DNA of 20,000 nucleotides, from the IMG/VR virus record IMGVR_UViG_3300037882_001470. One strand, 5' to 3'. This stretch comes from an uncultured virus (IMG/VR IMGVR_UViG_3300037882_001470) (Duplodnaviria > Heunggongvirae > Uroviricota > Caudoviricetes). Position numbers and translations under genes: made by a program. The notes beneath the pieces were generated by a model. It was not told the origin of the DNA. It made no database searches and was given only the letters and a program-made list of their open reading frames with translations. Below, one piece after another: positions 16,721 to 20,000 of this stretch (the first letter of the stretch is position 1; each line of letters opens with the position of its first letter).

Positions 16721-17083
16721 TTATTGATTTTGTTGATGTTCTTGTTGATCGCTGACGCACATTCTTGTGAGCCAGCAGCAGACGTCGCAGGTTTCCGCTT
16801 CCGTCAATGTTACTGTTTCGTGTGTTTCTCTGCTCAGTTCTTTGAGCGCTTCGTTTATCAGTTCTTGTGTGGCTGTCATGCTCGTAATCTGGAGCAGCAT
16901 GATTTCGTAATGCGCTGCGTCAATCTTCATCACCGGGGCTGTGGTGAGATGTCGGTATATGCTTTGCCGAATGTCGTAAAGCCGTCCGGTGTGGTAAATC
17001 ACCATCGCTACCGCGTCGGCCTCCGCGGTAAAGCAGCCGTTCTCGAAGTCCGGTGATTCTACTTCTGGAGCGCGTTCTGCCAC
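16721..17083 (-). CDS. Hypothetical helical protein, about 120 aa (start uncertain)
   Basis: GTG start overlapping the upstream gene; stop 4 nt before the next ATG. Confidence 0.7.
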   Translation of the reverse strand: MAERAPEVESPDFENGCFTAEADAVAMVIYHTGRLYDIRQSIYRHLTTAPVMKIDAAHYEIMLLQITSMTATQELINEALKELSRETHETVTLTEAETCDVCCWLTRMCVSDQQEHQQNQ

Positions 17084-17466
17084 CTCGCGTTTGGGTCCAG
17101 AAGGCCTGCTCCAATAAGGTACGCCTTCACCCTTGTCGTAATTTCCGCTGCTTGCGCCATCTTGTCCTCGGCTATGAAGAACATCGTAGTCCCATGAGGC
17201 CCCGCCGTTTTAGCGCATCTCGTGATATACTTCATCACAGGATAGATCTCTGCAAGTCGACGCATAGCCTGCTCGTTACTGTCGGCGTTAGTTCCTGTAT
17301 TACCAGCACCGTGCAAGTGGCAGACGGCATGACACTCCGGACATACTCCGGAAGGAACAATCTCACCTGGCGCGATACGTTGTAGCAGGTCCGGTATCTC
17401 GTCTAAACCTTTTTCGGGAACTCCGTCCCATCCGCAATTCTGACACTGACTCAGTGGATTTGACAT
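17059..17466 (-). CDS. Zn-finger protein, 135 aa
   Basis: CQNCGW…IPDLLQRIAPGEIVPSGVCPECHAVC (two CxxC separated by an insert). Confidence 0.8.
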   Translation of the reverse strand: MSNPLSQCQNCGWDGVPEKGLDEIPDLLQRIAPGEIVPSGVCPECHAVCHLHGAGNTGTNADSNEQAMRRLAEIYPVMKYITRCAKTAGPHGTTMFFIAEDKMAQAAEITTRVKAYLIGAGLLDPNARWQNALQK

Positions 17467-17468
17467 AA

Positions 17469-17888
17469 TTATAATTTAGGCCACAGATGCGGTGGAATAC
17501 CCATCGCATCGGCCATTTGCTTTTCCATCTCAGCTCGAAACTTTTGAAACTCCGTAGGCTGGCTCGGCGCCTTTAAGAACCGCATCACGGGTTTCGGTGG
17601 TCGTGGTAAGTTCCCTATTACTCTGCGTTTACTATCCTTCGGCATTTTAGACTTTTGGAAAAACCTCTTTATCGCACGAACCTTTTTCCACATGTCCCTA
17701 CGTCGCGCTATTGGCGTCATCGCTTCAAGTTTTGCCTTTTGTGTGTCTGAACATATTTTACATTGGAACCGGTGTTTATGCCCTGTGAACGTATGCTTAC
17801 ATTCAATACAATGATTCATGTAGGCCCCGTTGTCAGGGTCGTCGATTTTGTCTTGCGGGAATGAACGCGCGCCGTCGGGGTTTAACAT
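17469..17888 (-). CDS. Zn-finger protein, 139 aa, basic C-terminus
   Basis: CIECKHTFTGHKHRFQCKIC (two CxxC); Lys/Arg-rich tail. Confidence 0.8.
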   Translation of the reverse strand: MLNPDGARSFPQDKIDDPDNGAYMNHCIECKHTFTGHKHRFQCKICSDTQKAKLEAMTPIARRRDMWKKVRAIKRFFQKSKMPKDSKRRVIGNLPRPPKPVMRFLKAPSQPTEFQKFRAEMEKQMADAMGIPPHLWPKL

Positions 17889-18097
17889 GTTTTTGCTTTA
17901 CAGGATTCAGAAGGATACCACCCCATTGTCTTGTTTAGGTCACGTCTGCAGATTGCGCGCATAAATCTGTGTGTTGTCTTCAGCTCATAACGAGTAACCG
18001 CGTGAGTGATGTGCGGATATGGTAGACGTCTTTCCATACGTTTCCATCCTTCATACCACCATCGCGCCCTTAACCCGTTTTCTTCCCCGGCTGTCAC
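17882..18097 (-). CDS. Hypothetical basic protein, about 71 aa
   Basis: GTG at 18097 forms a GTGA overlap with the upstream stop and is in frame with listed ORF 17882..18169. Confidence 0.65.
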   Translation of the reverse strand: MTAGEENGLRARWWYEGWKRMERRLPYPHITHAVTRYELKTTHRFMRAICRRDLNKTMGWYPSESCKAKTC

Positions 18098-18921
18098 GGT
18101 AATGTTGTCCCCGTATGTGCTAGCACCGCCGAAAGCTGGCAACGCACTGCGAACGTATAATACAACCACTTAGCGAGATCTACCTGCACCGCGTTTTGTA
18201 GATCACAAAGCGCCTGGACGTTCACCTCATCAATCTCTTGCGACCCATTCACTTTTAACACCAGCGAGCTCAGCAGCGCGTATCGGTTTACGTCAGTGCG
18301 GTCTGACAGTTCGCTCCAGTCTTTCACAGTCCACGGAATTCGCCCTGCGTTCATGTCAGCCAGCAGTTCTGCGGCACCGTGGTCGAATAGTGCGGTAATA
18401 GCGCACTTCAGATTAGGGCATTTGCATGGGTATCCTGCGTCTCCTAACGCCGTGTTTACGCATTCGAGCAATGCTGCACGCATACGCGTCTTGTCCTTAA
18501 TGTCCGGGTGTGTGAGCTCTAGCGCGTTAGTGTCTTGGAACTGGCGTTTGAAACCTTCGGGGTCTCCGTAAGCTGCTGCGAAACGCGCCTGACGGACTTC
18601 ACTTGGTTTCAGATCTCTTAGTGGTGTCGTTACACCTCCATACTCTTCTGTGAAGTTCTTCACCATATCCTTTGCTCGCGCTTCGGCTTCATCGTCGGCC
18701 AACGCGTTGATCCATCCTGCAGGCATTTGCGGTGGCTCATTCATTACATCCGTGAGTGGGTTATCAGACCAAGCCAGCGATTCCGCCAAATTACGAATAC
18801 TCACCACTGCGCTCTCTGCAATACTGCGCAGTCTTTTCACTTCGTTCTCCAATCGCGCAATTCTCTCGTCGCGCCGTTTAATCTCTACGGCTAAATCCTC
18901 AGCATTTTGTGTAGTTTCCAT
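18094..18921 (-). CDS. Hypothetical protein, 275 aa, N-terminal coiled coil and a C-terminal ELLAD…GRIP..V…SEL.D..D.N.Y module
   Basis: Start moved to METTQ (ATG 18921), which follows AGGAG and lies just after the upstream stop at 18927. Heptad segment VEIKRRDERIARLENEVKRLRS; CKCPNLKC cluster. Confidence 0.85.
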   Translation of the reverse strand: METTQNAEDLAVEIKRRDERIARLENEVKRLRSIAESAVVSIRNLAESLAWSDNPLTDVMNEPPQMPAGWINALADDEAEARAKDMVKNFTEEYGGVTTPLRDLKPSEVRQARFAAAYGDPEGFKRQFQDTNALELTHPDIKDKTRMRAALLECVNTALGDAGYPCKCPNLKCAITALFDHGAAELLADMNAGRIPWTVKDWSELSDRTDVNRYALLSSLVLKVNGSQEIDEVNVQALCDLQNAVQVDLAKWLYYTFAVRCQLSAVLAHTGTTLP

Positions 18922-18926
18922 GGTTC

Positions 18927-19250
18927 TTAATCTCCTATTTCTGACAATGTCGACAGCCGAAGTTTTCCGGCGCCTAGCAGCAATTGATCGCTCTCTGTGT
19001 CGTTCGATTTCCATCCTGGCGGATAAACCATCAACATACTGTCCCCGCCTATCGTGAGCCAACCCGTAGCCCAGCCCTTTGGCTTCAATTGTGTGTAGGT
19101 ATGCAAACTCTCGTAAAGGTCTCGTTTCTTGCCTGCGTCACGCGCACCCGCGTCCGCCATACATGATAACGCGAATAACGACACGGGCTTGTCCTTGTCG
19201 GCAAGCCATCTCGCAACAGCCTTCATTGCGGCTTCTTTGTATTTGCTCAT
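18927..19250 (-). CDS. Hypothetical protein, 107 aa
   Basis: ATGA-coupled start; tiles between neighbours. Confidence 0.8.
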   Translation of the reverse strand: MSKYKEAAMKAVARWLADKDKPVSLFALSCMADAGARDAGKKRDLYESLHTYTQLKPKGWATGWLTIGGDSMLMVYPPGWKSNDTESDQLLLGAGKLRLSTLSEIGD

Positions 19251-19558
19251 GGCTTAGCCTGCTGCTTTCTCGTCTCCCAATCTCCGCGTGTGAATCGCTT
19301 TACTACACGCAAGCGCTTATAACCCTTACTGTGAAGCTCCGCCTTCAATTCTTTGAAGTCCTTCGGCCCACATGGCTTCGACGCGCTTACAACGTAATGC
19401 GGAGCGGCTGCCGCATGGCCTCCCGGATGTCCATAGCACACACACAACCACGCGTCTGCCGTCGACCCTGCCAGTTCTGGGAACAATGCGAAAACCGTAT
19501 CGTCACTACGCCATTTGCGGAATATCACTTTAACCGCTGGTTTTAATTTATTTGGCAT
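19247..19558 (-). CDS. Hypothetical protein, 103 aa (VIFRKW…VFALFP…YGHPGGH…ELKAEL..KGY pattern)
   Basis: ATG start 15 nt after the RNAP stop; stop overlaps the next gene (ATGA). The pattern resembles a phage/MGE unknown-function family as I recall it. Confidence 0.85.
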   Translation of the reverse strand: MPNKLKPAVKVIFRKWRSDDTVFALFPELAGSTADAWLCVCYGHPGGHAAAAPHYVVSASKPCGPKDFKELKAELHSKGYKRLRVVKRFTRGDWETRKQQAKP

Positions 19559-19573
19559 CTCTTAATAGCCCGA

Positions 19574-20000
19574 CTACGCCTTCATTGCAGGCGCAGCCAT
19601 CGGTGCCGGAACCTCAACGGGGTCCGGCCATTCTACTTCGTCACTCATCGAAATCTTTCCTGAATTGACTGCCTCCATTGCTTCCGCCTCAGACGCGAAT
19701 TGATGCCGCTGTTTCGGCTTCGCATTCTGCGCGCCTGTAAGCCCGAGAATTTGCTCGTGCTTCAATTGAGGCATTACGGAGTCTGGATCGCGGATTTTGA
19801 ATACGGAGTTGGATGGAAGCAGCCGGGTCTTTGCTTCCTCGATTGCGTCATCTGTTGCAGGGACATGTATATTAAATGTGTTGCTCAGGATCACCCCGTC
19901 GACATTCATGAAGGTCTCGTATCCCGGAACGCACAAGTCATATCCAACTTCTTTCTGTCCTGTCTTCTCCACGGACTCCACCATCGCCCAACTTACTTCC
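19574..20000 (-). CDS. rpoC: 3' end (5'-partial) of an intein-containing multisubunit DNA-dependent RNA polymerase beta'-like subunit, phage type, ending early
   Basis: The frame stays open to the window edge (E-V-S-W-A precede the listed Met). The C-extein TFNIHVPATDDAIEEAKTRLLPSNSVFKIRDPDSVMPQLKHEQILGL…FASEAEAMEAVNSGKISMSDEV aligns by eye with the beta' segment after NADFDGD (QMAVHVPLSxEAQxEARxLMLxxxNILSPxxGxPIxxPxQDxVLGL…FxxxxEAxxAYxxGxVxLHAxI). The NADFDGD motif itself is outside the window. Confidence 0.85.
   Translation of the reverse strand, partial: EVSWAMVESVEKTGQKEVGYDLCVPGYETFMNVDGVILSNTFNIHVPATDDAIEEAKTRLLPSNSVFKIRDPDSVMPQLKHEQILGLTGAQNAKPKQRHQFASEAEAMEAVNSGKISMSDEVEWPDPVEVPAPMAAPAMKA
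19880..20000 (-). mobile_element. Intein C-terminal splicing region (blocks F and G), 5'-partial
   Basis: EVSWAMVESVEKTGQKEVGYDLCVPGYETFMNVDGVILSN|T fits Hint block F (V..V……YDL.V…..F…G) and block G. Terminal Asn is AAC at 19882-19880 and the +1 Thr is ACA at 19879-19877. The penultimate residue is Ser instead of His. Confidence 0.92.

Noticed and set aside
16016..17056. 346-aa plus-strand ORF (and nested 16078..16557)
   Set aside because: It is antisense to well-coupled minus-strand genes, Ser/Ala/Arg-rich with no motif, and typical of a shadow ORF.
4982..17114. Nested alternative-frame minus ORFs (4982..5188, 7487..7693, 7973..8176, 9713..9973, 13404..13595, 16920..17114)
   Set aside because: They lie almost wholly inside better-supported genes, lack start coupling and are often Arg-rich.
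18922..19062. Long N-terminal extensions in the ORF track (e.g. 18094..19062, 9735..10469, 22..438, 11308..12222)
   Set aside because: They overlap upstream genes extensively; internal ATGs give clean coupling, so starts were moved.
1162..19546. All other plus-strand ORFs in the track
   Set aside because: Each lies opposite a tiled minus-strand gene and has atypical composition. 8292..8534 is displaced by the two hand-found minus-strand ORFs.
1..20000. Stop-codon reassignment (genetic code 15 or 4)
   Set aside because: Genes tile nearly the whole window under the standard code, TGA is used in many ATGA couplings, and no gene appears broken by an internal TAG.
1..20000. CRISPR array, tRNA/ncRNA, terminators or DGR-like repeats
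   Set aside because: There is almost no intergenic space, and I noticed no periodic repeats, cloverleafs or hairpin-plus-U tracts. Reading by eye could miss diverged repeats.
19574..20000. Interpretation as a cellular rpoC or cyanobacterial rpoC1 locus
   Set aside because: No rpoC2 or ribosomal protein genes follow, the sequence is diverged from cellular consensus, and the context is a phage-like small-ORF array.

Overview
This window looks like part of a large dsDNA phage (jumbo-phage-like) genome. About 51 short genes (33-315 aa) tile the minus strand almost without gaps, and 25 junctions are 4-nt ATGA/GTGA stop-start overlaps. They lie directly downstream of the 3' end of a gene cut by the window edge. 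That gene is the only confident functional call. It encodes an intein C-terminus (…VSWAMVESVEKTG…YDLCVPGYETFMNVDGVILSN) spliced onto T-FNIHVPATDDAIEEAK…HEQILGL…FASEAEAMEAVNSGKI. This matches the segment of a multisubunit RNA polymerase beta' subunit that directly follows the catalytic NADFDGD motif. The intein therefore appears to sit at the polymerase active site, and the beta' chain stops 101 aa later, so it is split or truncated. The small genes are mostly hypothetical but reuse modules: three putative paralogues with a GW…P-Y…AM…A…AFL pattern, coiled-coil proteins with a D..L.WL…R.A..AM tail, four SH3-like barrels, many Zn fingers, a membrane/lipoprotein and a possible protease-inhibitor fold. 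I saw no rRNA, tRNA, CRISPR array, transposase, integrase or virion structural gene. All family assignments come from motif recall, not database searches.
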